A DNA stretch of 63,998 nt, filler included, from Octopus bimaculoides (GCF_001194135.2; 8 parts of 7 records of this genome joined end to end with filler, not necessarily neighbours in it); one strand, 5' to 3'. Positions 24,579 to 37,939 are shown, counted from the whole stretch's first letter. Notes: generated by a model not told the origin, from the letters alone. Program-made: numbers and translations.

Positions 24579-25615
24579 ATTCTTTTATTGGCCACAGGGG
24601 CTTATATAAAATTACATTAGACTATATACAACATAAAAGACAAAAACAGGACAATACAATGGGTTTTACAACGTGTAAACAATATAATAATTAAAATTAA
24701 ACAATTTAAAGCTGCTAATAGGGGACGCGCATTAAGGACCTCGTGAGAAAAACCAACAAATGTCACGGGTGTCTGAATAACAGGGCAAGAGCCCTTCTTT
24801 TGTTTACAGGTGCACCCTCAGAATTGGTCCTTTCACACAGGCCATTCTTCTAGCATTCACCCACCTTTCAACAAACTTGCTACAAGGCAACACATCCCTC
24901 TCCACCCTCAACTTCCTTTTCAAGTGAAACTTGAAAACGTTTATGAGGACTTGGCCAAAGAGGGATGTGCCTGTCTTTAGTCCTTTCAAGCGGGTCTACC
25001 ATACTACCTCTCTCGCTACAGCCACTAGACAAATAAAAATTGCCTTTCCCTACCGGCGAAAAGAGGGCGGCGGGGCAATCTTCACAATAGTTTCAGCTGA
25101 TAGCTGGATCCGTCCTACACACGACAGCTAGTATTCGACATAAAATCACAGGTCAGCAATACTCGGGCACTGGACTAGGACGTGCAGAAGGTTTTATCGT
25201 TCTGGGCGCACCTCAGGTAGGCCCGGCTGACGGCACTTTCGTGCCTGTAAAGTTTATCTCGAACAGACAGCGCTCCTCGGTAGCACTGCCAGGCAAGAGA
25301 TTTCTGGAAGTTGTCCAGAGGCCCAGGCCCGAAAGTTCTCCGAAACAGACCAGTTAGTTGATTTTCATCGACGTCCAGATTTTCCCCGAGAACGTCGTCG
25401 CACTTCCCCTCCACTAGCCCTCTATAGAACGCTAGAGTAGAACTACCACCGACCACATCGCCCGCCTGGCGGAGGACTGTGAGCACTTGACATCACTCGA
25501 GGTGTCAAGCGCCCCTCCTCGGTCTACGCCTAATCCAGGATTGCAACTCAGTCAGAGAGACGAGCTGTGGAAAAGCCTGTCTTACAAACTGATAAACTGA
25601 CCACACTTGCTCACC
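24544..25615 (-). mobile_element. Tx1/L1-clade LINE 3' end (zf-RVT region, 3' UTR, AATAAA, (ATT)n tail)
   Basis: KSLAWQCYRGALSVRDKLYRH...YLRCAQNDKT zinc-finger region; ORF end ...VKGPILRVHL* at 24804; TTTATT at 24584-24589; (AAT)n at 24544-24576. Confidence 0.85.
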
Positions 25616-25629
25616 GTCAAGAAAACGCT

Positions 25630-26050
25630 GGAGGATTCTTAGACCCCATTACTCGACTGGTACTTTCTGTACCGACCGAGGAAAAGATGAGACTTGTTTC
25701 AAAAGAAGGCGAGAGATTGGCGACAGCGTTTTGACGTCAGCCAAATTGTTAAATCAATTGTGTCGTGCTATTTAGTCATTGATATTGATGTTCTGCGTTC
25801 AAATCTCACTGATGTCAACTTTGTGCTAGCCTTGTGCCAAAACTTGAAATCATTATTAAAAGGCAGCGAACAGGCAAAACTGATTGCTCTTCAAACAAAA
25901 TACTTCGCGACATTTCGTCCATCTTTACGCTCTGAGTTCGACCGCCGAGAAAGACTTAGCTTTTCGTCTTTTTGGTGTCGATTAACCGATTTCCGAAATC
26001 GTTGAATGAAAGATAATGTTGGCTTAGGTGGAATTTGAACGTCAGAAAAC
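25630..26050. mobile_element. Cluster of decayed SINE family A fragments, both orientations
   Basis: Several partial matches (ttctgcgttcaaatc, tttcgtccatctttacgctctgagttc, ggaatttgaac). Confidence 0.6.
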
Positions 26051-26327
26051 TGGCAATCTTATTTGTATGCAGGACACATTGCGGTATTTGATATGATAGA
26101 TAGCTGAATAAAAAAATATGAAGAAAAAAAACAAAACATTCGATGGGATGGTCATATGTGGAACATCTTTATAAGAGGTCTTGTAGTTCAAGATTGAAAT
26201 GTGAGACAAACATCATCATCAACAACAACAACAACAGCAGCAACAACAACAATTAACAGCAAAAGTCAGAAAGGAATAGAGTCATTATGTTGTCATAATA
26301 GCAGCCACGTATATCTGTTTGTTTGTT

Positions 26328-26360
<33 letters not shown>

Positions 26361-26569
26361 CTGTCTATCTATCTATATACATATCTATTTATATATATAT
26401 ACTTGAATGTGAATATATGTATGCACGTGTGTGTGTGTATGTGTATTGTGTGCGTGTGTGCGTATAGGTGTGTAGATATGTATAATTATATATGGCTATG
26501 TATATATATAATATATATATAATTATATAAATATAGCTATATATATATGTGTGCATATATATATATATG

Positions 26570-26615
<46 letters not shown>

Positions 26616-26635
26616 CACACACACACGCACACACG

Positions 26636-26677
<42 letters not shown>

Positions 26678-26923
26678 CGTATGTACGTATGTATATATAT
26701 ATATATGTATGTATACTAAATGAAGAGGAAACGGAAAATGGATTTTGCAAGAATCTTTAATAAAGTTTCTTGCAAACTCCATTTTCCGTTTCCCTCATTC
26801 CTTATAAGCTCAACGAACACTGCGGAATTCCTGACATAGGTCCTGTGACACGTATCAATACTGTGGATGACACCAGGTAGCCATAGACAGTGAAAGTGCT
26901 TTAATCAGCAAATTACTAACCAT

Positions 26924-27220
26924 GCGCAATGGCCCTGTGGTTAGGGCCGCGGGCTCGCGGTCGGAGGATCGCAATTGCGATTCCTAGACCGGGCGTTGTG
27001 TGTGTTTATTGAGCGAAAACACCTAAAGCTCCACGAGGCTCCGGGGATGGTGGCGAACCCTGTTGTACTCTCCCCCCCCCAACTTTCTCACACTCTTTCT
27101 TCCTGTTTCTTGAGTAATGATTCGATGGACTGGCATCCCGTCCATCTGGTGGGGAACACATACACTATAGAAAACGGGAAACCGGGCCCATGAAGCCTGG
27201 CTAGTCTTGAAAAGGGCGCA
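26924..27220 (+). mobile_element. SINE with family C head and family D-type tail
   Basis: C head followed by cgatggactggcatcccgtcc...gaaaccgggcccatg...aaagggcgca. Confidence 0.88.
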
Positions 27221-27289
27221 TAAATAAATAAATAAATATATATATATATATATACAAGGGCGCATATATAATGTATATATATATATATA

Positions 27290-27326
<37 letters not shown>

Positions 27327-28013
27327 CACACATCAACACACACGGACACACATCACTCACGCATAACACATACGCACACATGCATATATATGCTCACCTA
27401 CATACACACACATATCCATGAATTTTTATCACTGTTAATTGCATCTTACTATCTTTAAAAACAAGAAATACTTTAAATAACGTACCCTTGTGTGTGTGGT
27501 GGTGGTGGTGGAGGTCGAGGGGTGTAGGCGTGCATGTGTGTGTGTATGTGTGTGTGTATGTGTGCGTATAATCATTCTCGTGTGAGCGCGTTATCCAAGC
27601 CTGGAGGAAAAAAAGACGGAATGGTCATAAAACGAAATCTTTTTCAATGTATATATATGTCCACTAGTAAGTACTAACTCAAGGGTGTTTAACAACAACA
27701 ACAAGAACAACAAATTCAACAGCAGCAGCAGCAGTGGTAGCTGTTCATAGTAGAACTACTAAGATTAACGAAGCCAAATAAAACCAACTATTTATAAACA
27801 AGATGTCTGACTTTTATCGAAGCAAATAAAAATCACATTTGCTCATTTGTTTTATCTCCAGATATTTATATTTTACTCTGGTTATCTCTCACACACATGT
27901 TAAGCAGGAAATTTTCTGACATCCTGATATTATTATTACTATTGCAAAGTTTTTTTTTTATTTTTTTTTTTTTATTATTTTTATTATTATTTTTATTATT
28001 ATTATTTTTATTA

Positions 28014-28054
<41 letters not shown>

Positions 28055-28058
<4 letters not shown>

Positions 28059-28260
28059 CGACGACCTGGCAGAATCGTTAGCACGCCGGCCGAAGCGCTT
28101 AGCTGTATTTCTCCCGTCACTACGTTCTGAGTTCAAATTCTGCCGAGCTTGACTTTTCCTTTCAGGGTCAATAAAATAAGTACCAGCTGAATACTAGGGT
28201 TGGTGTAATCGACTTTTCCCCTCCCCAAAGTTGCTGCCCTTGTGGCAAAATTTGAAACCA
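28055..28260 (+). mobile_element. SINE family A flanked by (TTA)n on both sides
   Basis: Family A match embedded in TTA repeats (about 27970-28054 and 28263-28290). Confidence 0.85.
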
Positions 28261-28309
28261 CCATTATTATTATTATTATTATTATTATTAAGGCGGTGTG
28301 CTGGCAGAC

Positions 28310-28760
28310 TCCATCCGTTCATCCCTTCATGAAGCTATGAACCCATCCATCCATCCACCCACCTTCTCTGACAACTATTCCTAGAAGAGTGCCAGTAGGG
28401 CCCTATTAGAAGCAATCATCGATACACTTTGTTGTTCGATTCCCGAGCGTGATCAATTGGGACTAAGCATATTATCGAAGGATCTTGTTCTTGTTTTGCC
28501 CCTCGGTCTCCTGCCGTTTGGCACGGCTTCAAGAATCCGTTTTGCGATGCTTTCCTGCAAAATTCTAATCAAACGTCCGTAGTACAGGAGCTGTGACCGC
28601 TCAATGCGATCAAGCAGAGGCTCAACCTGGAGAAATTCCCCTAACTCGGAGGTACGTACTCAGAGATAGGGGAATCGCATTCTTTCGGTCATTACCCAAC
28701 ATCTTTTACCCTAGGCAAGGATAGGTGCAAAAACAGAATTAAGGACCAGATGCTGGACCT
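28310..28760 (-). mobile_element. RTE-clade LINE 3' remnant, (GATG)n-tailed family
   Basis: LLDRIERSQLLYYGRLIRILQESIAKRILEAVPNGRRPRGKTRTR; same family as 4748-5260. Confidence 0.75.
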
Positions 28761-29009
28761 AGCGCATTCCTGTCAGTATTTACATTTCCAGCCTTCAATT
28801 CTGTCTTCCGCTTCTTATCTCTCGTGGAGGAATAGGTTTTCGATATCTTTCATTAAAATTTCATCCAAACTATGTCGATTTCATCTCATTATATTTATGA
28901 GCCGGTAAGTTCGGATACACTACCGAGCTTATTTATACACCAGTGCACCGGCCCGATCTGGCGCGGATTTATTTTTAACTAAGATAAACATAATCAGACG
29001 AATTCAATA

Positions 29010-29092
29010 TCTACATATATGTGTGTGTGTATGTATATTCATGTAAATATATATGGGTATTTATGAGTATAAATATATATATGCACACACAC

Positions 29093-29137
<45 letters not shown>

Positions 29138-29358
29138 CATATACATATAGATATACATATATATACACAGATAGATACATACATGTATGTGTGTATATAT
29201 ATGTGTGCGTATATATATACATACATATATATGTATGTATATATATATGCATATATATATGTATATATATATATATATAGATATATGCATACACATGTGT
29301 GTGTGTATATATATATATACACATATATATATACACATATATATATATACATATACAC

Positions 29359-29423
<65 letters not shown>

Positions 29424-29750
29424 TATGTATGTATATGTATATACATACAAACATACATACATACACATATATATATATGGCACTCGAATGACTAAATGCA
29501 TTGAAGTTCCAATTTAAAGGAAGCGTCTGTCTATTCTCACCCTTATCTTTTCCAAACACTGCTCACTGTATTTCCTTTACACATGTAGTATATATATGTA
29601 TATCATATCAGCACCTTTGACAAACACACACACACACACACACACACAAATATACATACATCCCTACTTACATTTCAACTTCCATTTCATGCGTACGTAC
29701 GTTCGAACATGCGGGCATATACATACATATATACATACATATAAACATAC

Positions 29751-29797
<47 letters not shown>

Positions 29798-30020
29798 CGT
29801 AAATACATACACATACACACACACATATATATATACAATCGTAAATGCATATACATACATGCATATATATATATATATATACATATGCTTACATACAATC
29901 ACTCACACCTACATGATGACACGTACATATATACATACATACATACATGCTTACATACACACACATATATACATACACACACATATATACATACACACAC
30001 ATACATACATACATACAAGC
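29010..30020. repeat. Compound (AT)/(AC)/(ATAC) microsatellite field
   Basis: Low-complexity sequence that produces the YIYI/HTHT pseudo-ORFs in the track. Confidence 0.95.
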
Positions 30021-30080
30021 ATGAATAAATATATCGCCACCAGTATGGACGACGGATATTTCATTACGCATTATTTAAAT

Positions 30081-30148
30081 CAATGGTACTCAACCACTTT
30101 GTGTGTGTGGACCCCAAGGGCCATGTGGCCCCTTGTTGAGAGACTCTG
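30081..30148. mobile_element. Short hAT MITE derivative related to 19769-20383
   Basis: caatggtactcaacc...tgttgagagactctg, preceded by ATTTAAAT; shares the gtggaccc..agggccat internal block. Confidence 0.55.
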
Positions 30149-30529
30149 GCTTAAACCATTAGCTACAATCAGAACCAGCTGACTGGATTGGATATAAATT
30201 AACTAACTACTCTACAGACTAGCGTTCACATAATGTTTTGTATTACTCGTGTATACTTCATGCAGTTTCGGTCATAATTTTAGAGTCAAAATGAGAAAGT
30301 TAATATCATTACACTGGAGTAAAGAAGTGACAAGAAAAGTGATTAACATCCTACGGATCGGTAGCGAACACTTCGAGAAAGCCCAATTCCTAATGCCCTT
30401 ATATATAAAGTCAGAAATGCTGGGTTTGCATATCTCAGCACGTTACGCCTGGAAGAGAAACAAGCTGCATAGCATGAAAGCGGTTATGCATGAATTGGGT
30501 ATATTTTCTGCAAATTACAAATAGAAGAC

Positions 30530-30775
30530 AATATTGGTTTCAAATTTTGGTGCAATGGCAGCAAGTTCGAAGAGGCGGTAAGTCGATTCCATCAATCCCA
30601 AGCTGGTACATATTTCATAGACCCCGAAAGGCTCGACAACCGGTGTTGGTTTGTCTACGATATAATAAATACCAGTCTTTAAAAAAAACAAGCACTGGGG
30701 TCGATCCATTGGTTCAAACCCTCAAAGGTGGTGTCCCGGAATTATCACAGTCTAATAACTGAAGCAAGTTAACGA
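30530..30775. mobile_element. Fused decayed SINE A (minus) and SINE B tail (plus) fragments
   Basis: caaattttggtgcaatggcagcaag... followed by gacaaccggtgttggtttg...gcactggggtcgatcc. Confidence 0.55.
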
Positions 30776-31014
30776 GGAAAGATGAAAGAGAAAAGATCTC
30801 TAAAATCAGAGATAAGGAGTGAATATTTATGGATAACAGATTCGAAACCTGTAGCTTCACTACCCAGATTATACCAATGAACAGTTGCGTATTTGTTTAT
30901 GTTATTGTTCAATGAGGCAAATAGGAAAAGCTGGGGTTTTCAATTAGAGAAGGAGAACAAAAATTATGTACTTTACAGAAACAATGGGTAAGTGGAATAG
31001 TAAATATATATATA

Positions 31015-31051
<37 letters not shown>

Positions 31052-31569
31052 GCATTGTCTTAAAGTTCACCATGTAACAATTCTAGCTGTTGTTATCCAA
31101 ATTCAAGCGATGGAGCGTCTGTTTCTGAGATAGAAGCCAGTTCCATCGTTCTCTGAAGAATTCTAAAATATAAACGTATACTAAAAGTGTACTTACAAAC
31201 ATGTATGTTGCTTATCAGCAAAAACACGCACACACGTACACATACACACATAACTTATTCGATATTATCAAAATTCCATTGACAGTTTCGGTTTTGGCGC
31301 AGAGATGGTATTTCTGTACTGATACAAAATTCAAGAGAACGTACCCGCGCATACACACACAAACACACACACACATACGTATGTATACTTATATATAACT
31401 CTATAAATGTGTACAAATAAATACACTTACACACATCTATATAAATACAAAATCGTAGTTCAGTTAATAAAACCAGTTTACATATTTCTTTTGCATTAAC
31501 TTTTTTTCACAATTGCCATTTTACTAAAATATTATTTTTGAGTGGATTTTTAGGGGCTCGAACGGATTA

Positions 31570-31680
31570 ATTATATTTCAGTTAATTTCAACGGAGAAAA
31601 CTGATTTGTAAAACGAGTAAATCGTAAGACGAGCTCAGTCATGGTACGAATTAAACTCGTACTGCGAGGCATCACTGTAT
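31570..31680 (-). mobile_element. Tigger/pogo-like terminal fragment
   Basis: Minus strand TA-CAGTGATGCCTCGCAGTACGAGTTTAATTCGT resembles Tigger TIRs; the partner end was not found. Confidence 0.45.
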
Positions 31681-32128
31681 ATATAAATCTAGATTGTGCA
31701 TCTGTTTTCAGTAGAAGACTAGAATGACAAACGAGGCCACCAGACACTTTAACCTGAAGAATTTTATCAGCAAACATCATAATCGTTGCTATTAGACAGA
31801 TACTAAGAACATCAGACCCAGATTCCAGTGCAGCAGCGGCAGATGACGCCCTAACCTCTGTGATTTCTTTGTTATTTTCCTGATCTAGATTTTCTGTTCT
31901 TTTCTTTTTGGTTTCCGCGTGTTATTTCTACGTATTTTGCTGTAATGTTTATAAATACTTACTAACAATATAGGTTGTAAGTTCACCCGATAGCTTGTTT
32001 GTTTGCCATCACATCTTGGTTCTGGATGTTGTCATTGCATCTTGCTTAAGTTAATCCTGATAGTGCTTTTTCAAGTAGCAGTAGTGGCATTATCATTATT
32101 ATTATTATTATTATTATCATTATTATTA

Positions 32129-32163
<35 letters not shown>

Positions 32164-32165
<2 letters not shown>

Positions 32166-32385
32166 GGCAGCGAGCTGGCAGAATCGTTAGCACGCCAGGT
32201 GAAACGCTTGGCAGTATTTCGACGGTCTTTACGTTACGAGTTCAAGTTCCGCCGAGGTCGACTTTGCCTTTCAACCTTTCGGACGTCGATAAATTAAGTA
32301 CCTGTTGTGTACTGGGATCAATCTGATCGACTGACTACCTGCCCCAAAATTTCAGGCCTTGTGCCCATAGTAGAAAGGATTACTA
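32164..32385 (+). mobile_element. SINE family A between (ATT)n tracts
   Basis: Full family A match. Confidence 0.9.
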
Positions 32386-32496
32386 ATTATTTTTATTATT
32401 ATTGCTATTATGATTATTATTATTATTATTATTATTATTGAGTGAGAGAGCAGACACACACACACACACACACATATATATATGTATCTATGTATA

Positions 32497-32663
32497 CGAC
32501 GGGCGTCTTTCAGTTTCCGTCTACAAAATTCACTCACAAGGCTTTGGCCGACAGCCCCGAAGCTATTGTTGAAGCGACCTGCTCAAGGTGCCAAGCAGTG
32601 TGACCGAACCTGAGACCATGTGGCTGGGAAGCAAGCTCCTTTCTACGCAGCCATGCCTGCGCC
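32497..32663 (-). mobile_element. SINE family B 5' half
   Basis: cagtttccgtctac...cacaaggctttgg...caaggtgcca...gccatgcctgcgcc. Confidence 0.85.
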
Positions 32664-32978
32664 CAACAAGGAGCAAATTATCATAAGTGACTTTCTAAAA
32701 CTTATTGTTTAAAGTCGCATACAGCGGAAATTGGTTGGGGGAATATGTGGCGCTCAACAAATGTTTCTGTTCTACTTGAATTCTTCATTGGTGATTAGTG
32801 AGAGAAGTGAAGCGTTTCTGCGCATTGGGAAGAGTGACACACAGACATGGTTCATCTAGAGCATTGCTGGCAGGCTTAAATGAACTACGTAGGAAAACAT
32901 TCAAACATATATACATACACATACGCGTATATATGTGCACGTGTGTGTTTGACGCACAAGCATACATGCACACACTCA

Positions 32979-33031
<53 letters not shown>

Positions 33032-33259
33032 GTAAGTTTATACATATATATATATCTATGTATGTATATATATATATATATATGTATGCATATATATATA
33101 TATATTTATATATATATATACCTATATGTATTTATACCTATATACATAAGTATGTATATNNNNNNNNNNNNNNNNNNNNNNNNNNNNNNNNNNNNNNNNN
33201 NNNTTAATTAATTAANNNNNNNNNNNNNNNNNNNNNNNNNNNNNNNNNNNNNNNNNNNN

Positions 33260-33335
<76 letters not shown>

Positions 33336-34149
33336 AACCTGTTTTTGGAATGAAGATTTATGTTTAGAGATTTGTGTTTGATTGTTTTAAAGAGTTATTA
33401 TAAATGCTAAATCTCCGATGGAAATAAAACGAAAATTAATGTGAATCTTTGAACTTACCCATCACCTCAGTTCTCAGTTACATTCGACAAACCGTCCTGG
33501 AATGTTGCCAATATAATACCAATATAATAGTTTTTCATCAGCTGGTGTCTGGTGTCTCTTATTTTTTATAGCCGCATCGTTCTATGAATTTTATATATTT
33601 CGTGAAAAATACATTAGTACTAGCATGCCCTGTGAACACTCAAGAGAAAAAAAATGAAAGCATTTTGCTAATACATCTTGTATTGTTAGCTGTTAGATTA
33701 GATGATAAATTAATTAGGTTGAGTGATAGATAAGGGAGGATGGGGGAGAGAGTGAGCGAGAGACAGAGAGGGAGATGGATAGATTGGTAAATGAATGCTT
33801 TGTGAGATAAGAATTTTTTTTGGTGTGGCTGGTTTGATGGATGGATGAATGGTTGAATGTGATGACACTAAAACGAACCCAGCCTATTGTAGATTAGGCC
33901 TAAAACGTTTATTCATTAAGATAATGTTGTTTTCTGTTAATCTGTTTTATTTTGCTGTCATTATATGATTTCTTATGGCCAAATCGAAATATAGAGCTTC
34001 CAGTTCAACCAACGATTATTCATAAACAAATACTTTTATGCAATTTTAACGTTAAAAAAATTTTTGAGCAGTTTCTGCTGTAGTTAGCTCCTTTTTGTTT
34101 TTGCTTCTGATACACTCACACACACACATGCATACACGCGCACATATAC

Positions 34150-34325
34150 TTTTACTCTTTTCAGTCATTGGACTGCAGCCATTGAGAGACACGACCTTTA
34201 AGGGTTTAGTCGATCAAATTGACCGCAGTACTTATTTTTTCAAGTCTAGAACTTATTGATTGTCTCTTTTTCCGAACTAGAAAGTTACGGGGACATAAAG
34301 AAATAAACTCTGGCTGTCAATTCAT
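34150..34325 (-). mobile_element. SINE family B 3' part
   Basis: ttttactcttttcagtcattggactgcagcc...gaactagaaagttacgggga. Confidence 0.7.
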
Positions 34326-34329
34326 GTTG

Positions 34330-35035
34330 GAATTTTGTGATGTTAGGGTAAAATTTAGTCCTTTCGAGAGAATTTTAATTTGCTGCGTTGAAAGGGTTTT
34401 GTGTAAAAGATCTATTACTTTCGAAATCTTACATTCGGTCTGTGACATCGAGTGCCTTGAGTTCTGTCCACTGTGTCTAAAAAAACTAATACCTTGGCTT
34501 TTAGTCGAAGGTATTAATATTCCTGTAATTCTTAAGCCTGTTGTTATCTGGTCTTTTGTAAAACCTTGCACGGTTATAGGTTCTTTGTTGTGGTTGGTTC
34601 TGTCTAAAGTTGTTATTACGGTTATATTTTCTGGTGTATAGTGTTAACTGGTAATCCTGATTCAGAGAGGCATTGCATCTGGAAACAAAGAGGTTTGTGT
34701 TTCTCCCACTGAGGTTACGTCTTAGTCTGAAAATTAAGGCGTTTGTATCACTGTCTCAATACTATTGAGGAGAATTATGTCTTGAAAAGGAGTTTTTGTT
34801 GCTTCTTGTAGGGTTGTTTAGTTGTTTAGATGCTTTGGAATTATTAATACTGTTGACTCTGTATCTTTGATAATTGTGTAAGTGACTTTTCGTTACAGGT
34901 CTTGTTTATAGTGTGTAGCATTTATGAGGTTTCATTTTCTTTAAGAATGGATTTTCAGAATCATATTACTTTTTATATTCTGTTTCATGGTTACTAAACT
35001 AGTCGTTATTTTTCTCCCATCTTCGAAGTGAAATT
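34330..35035 (-). mobile_element. Penelope-like element, decayed N-terminal ORF region
   Basis: VIDLLHKTLSTQQIKILSKGLNFTLT resembles the Penelope pre-RT motif V.NLS...L...E..LL.KGLNF. A degenerate UCGAAGA...GAAAC motif lies at its 5' edge (about 34982-35026). Confidence 0.55.
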
Positions 35036-35076
35036 ATATGTGTGCGTGTGTGTGTGTGTGTGTGCACGCGCGCGTG

Positions 35077-35134
<58 letters not shown>

Positions 35135-35135
<1 letters not shown>

Positions 35136-35414
35136 GAAATAGAAAACAAAACAATAAATTGAACAATTATGAATTCAATTCAATTTAAATATTTTATACA
35201 ACAAATGATACATCTCATAAATTACATTTAAGTAAATATGTCTATCTGATGAAGCATCATTACATATTTAAACGGATTTGATTATTCTCGAAAAACTTCG
35301 TTTTACAAATGAAACGGAAACACCTGTAATTTATGAGTGTCATTTATTTGTATAAAATATTTAAATTGAATGGAATTTATAATTGTTCAATTTATTGTTT
35401 AGTTTTCCATTTCT
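35135..35414. repeat. Foldback: about 90-bp inverted arms around a 98-bp core
   Basis: 35135-35226 is a close reverse complement of 35325-35414. The core holds CTGATGA (35246-35252) and GAAACACCTGTA (35317-35328). Confidence 0.85.
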
Positions 35415-35509
35415 TATTTATATCTATATATTTGTAGTGAAACTGCTATCGCCATTCTTCTCATTTAAATATAAATAAGCGCGAGCGTAGCGGAGAACCC
35501 AACCTTGTC

Positions 35510-35655
35510 ATCATGTGACTGATTAATATTCGAAGCGGCAACTTCTTCGAACCGTTCCCGCCAGAACGCAAACTGACCAATCACGGCCCTTAATAAGGTC
35601 ACGTGATAGTGTTTTTCTACTACCGTCTGGGAGCCGATAGTTTGTTATAAATAGC
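35510..35655 (+). promoter_or_regulatory. Candidate Pol II promoter (E-box, CCAAT, CACGTG E-box, TATA)
   Basis: CATGTG 35512, GACCAATCA with CCAAT 35577-35581, GGTCACGTGA with CACGTG 35600-35605, TATAAATA 35646-35653, in a locally CpG-richer non-repeat patch. Confidence 0.4.
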
Positions 35656-37858
35656 TTTAACTCGGCGGCCAAATTCGTCTTGGTCCAGTTTCTCTTTGAG
35701 ATCTGTTCCGTGTACCACACGACAGCAGCAGCAACAATCAGCCAGCGACCCCTTCAACAGCTTCGTCCAGCCAACGATGACCACCGCCGTCGCCACATCA
35801 GCAACACGAGTCTACGACTACTAACCAGCATCATCGTCATGACCAACACGATTCTACGATTACTACTAACCAGCATCAATCTCCACCAGCGTCAACACGA
35901 CTTTCTATGTACACCAAACTAAACCACCGCGGNNNNNNNNNNNNNNNNNNNNNNNNNNNNNNNNNNNNNNNNNNNNNNNNNNNNNNNNNNNNNNNNNNNN
36001 NNNNNNNNNNNNNNNNNNNNCCACAACATCACAACTAGTGATCAGCTCTGCCACATACAGCCTCAACTCACTTCTTTCACATACAGACTCATACTAATGG
36101 TACTATAAGAACTGGTATAAATGCTCACGGTTACTGACTCTCTTTCTATCTGCTGTAATAACTCACGTACACATATATGTATCACTCACATACACACTTT
36201 TCTTTGTACGACGGCCTGTCTTTGATTATGTTCTTATATGTCGCATTCACACTCTCACACAGACATACATTTTAACGCCATAATAAATATCTCTTGTTAT
36301 TCATTTCATACGGTTGCCTTCTATAGTCTTCATTACTGGTATTTACGAATTCACATATGTTATCGTAGTATAACATATTTGTATATCATCATTGATATAT
36401 AATATTGTGTTCGACCGTGCGACGCGTTTAAATAAAAGGAGTCCTCTGTTTTTCTATTCGTCACCATTTCTCCTTTTTGATTTCGCACGGTCGTCCTTAC
36501 ATATTAATAAACTGTATGTTTATTTATTTACCTATTGGAATAACATTGTTATTGATATAGGTAATATAAACCAGTAAATTCTTCGGATATTTAATATCCC
36601 TTAGGTGAATTTTACACCTAGCTAAATTGTGTGTGTGTGTGTGTGTGTGTTATGTCTCAAGCTACTGCTATCTAGCACCTTCGGATGATCTCTACTCAAC
36701 CGCTACACAACTGCTACTCGACTGCTACTCAACCGCTACTCAACACTTCTACCACGGACAGACTACCTCTATTTATATGTCTTGGGAGATCCTACTTCTT
36801 CGCCTGGGGGCGTCGACACAACAATATATAAGTACATACATACACACACACACNNNNNNNNNNNNNNNNNNNNNNNNNNNNNNNNNNNNNNNNNNNNNNN
36901 NNNNNNNNNNNNNNNNNNNNNNNNNNNNNNNNNNNNNNNNNNNNNNNNNNNNNNNNNNNNNNNNNNNNNNNNNNNNNNNNNNNNNNNNNNNNNNNNNNNN
37001 NNNNNNNNNNNNNNNNNNNNNNNNNNNNNNNNNNNNNNNNNNNNNNNNNNNNNNNNNNNNNNNNNNNNNNNNNNNNNNNNNNNNNNNNNNNNNNNNNNNN
37101 NNNNNNNNNNNNNNNNNNNNNNNNNNNNNNNNNNNNNNNNNNNNNNNNNNNNNNNNNNNNNNNNNNNNNNNNNNNNNNNNNNNNNNNNNNNNNNNNNNNN
37201 NNNNNNNNNNNNNNNNNNNNNNNNNNNNNNNNNNNNNNNNNNNNNNNNNNNNNNNNNNNNNNNNNNNNNNNNNNNNNNNNNNNNNNNNNNNNNNNNNNNN
37301 NNNNNNNNNNNNNNNNNNNNNNNNNNNNNNNNNNNNNNNNNNNNNNNNNNNNNNNNNNNNNNNNNNNNNNNNNNNNNNNNNNNNNNNNNNNNNNNNNNNN
37401 NNNNNNNNNNNNNNNNNNNNNNNNNNNNNNNNNNNNNNNNNNNNNNNNNNNNNNNNNNNNNNNNNNNNNNNNNNNNNNNNNNNNNNNNNNNNNNNNNNNN
37501 NNNNNNNNNNNNNNNNNNNNNNNNNNNNNNNNNNNNNNNNNNNNNNNNNNNNNNNNNNNNNNNNNNNNNNNNNNNNNNNNNNNNNNNNNNNNNNNNNNNN
37601 NNNNNNNNNNNNNNNNNNNNNNNNNNNNNNNNNNNNNNNNNNNNNNNNNNNNNNNNNNNNNNNNNNNNNNNNNNNNNNNNNNNNNNNNNNNNNNNNNNNN
37701 NNNNNNNNNNNNNNNNNNNNNNNNNNNNNNNNNNNNNNNNNNNNNNNNNNNNNNNNNNNNNNNNNNNNNNNNNNNNNNNNNNNNNNNNNNNNNNNNNNNN
37801 NNNNNNNNNNNNNNNNNNNNNNNNNNNNNNNNNNNNNNNNNNNNNNTATATACACACA

Positions 37859-37914
<56 letters not shown>

Positions 37915-37939
37915 TGTGTGTGTGTGTGTGTGTGTGACA

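Noticed and set aside
30815-30862. AGTGAA/TTCACT stem around GAAACCTGTA
   Set aside because: No CUGANGA-like core between the stem arms.
31571-31920. Minus-strand open frame KEITEVRASSAAAALESG...MFADKILQ
   Set aside because: No plausible acceptor, runs into a Tigger-like TIR, no recognised homology.
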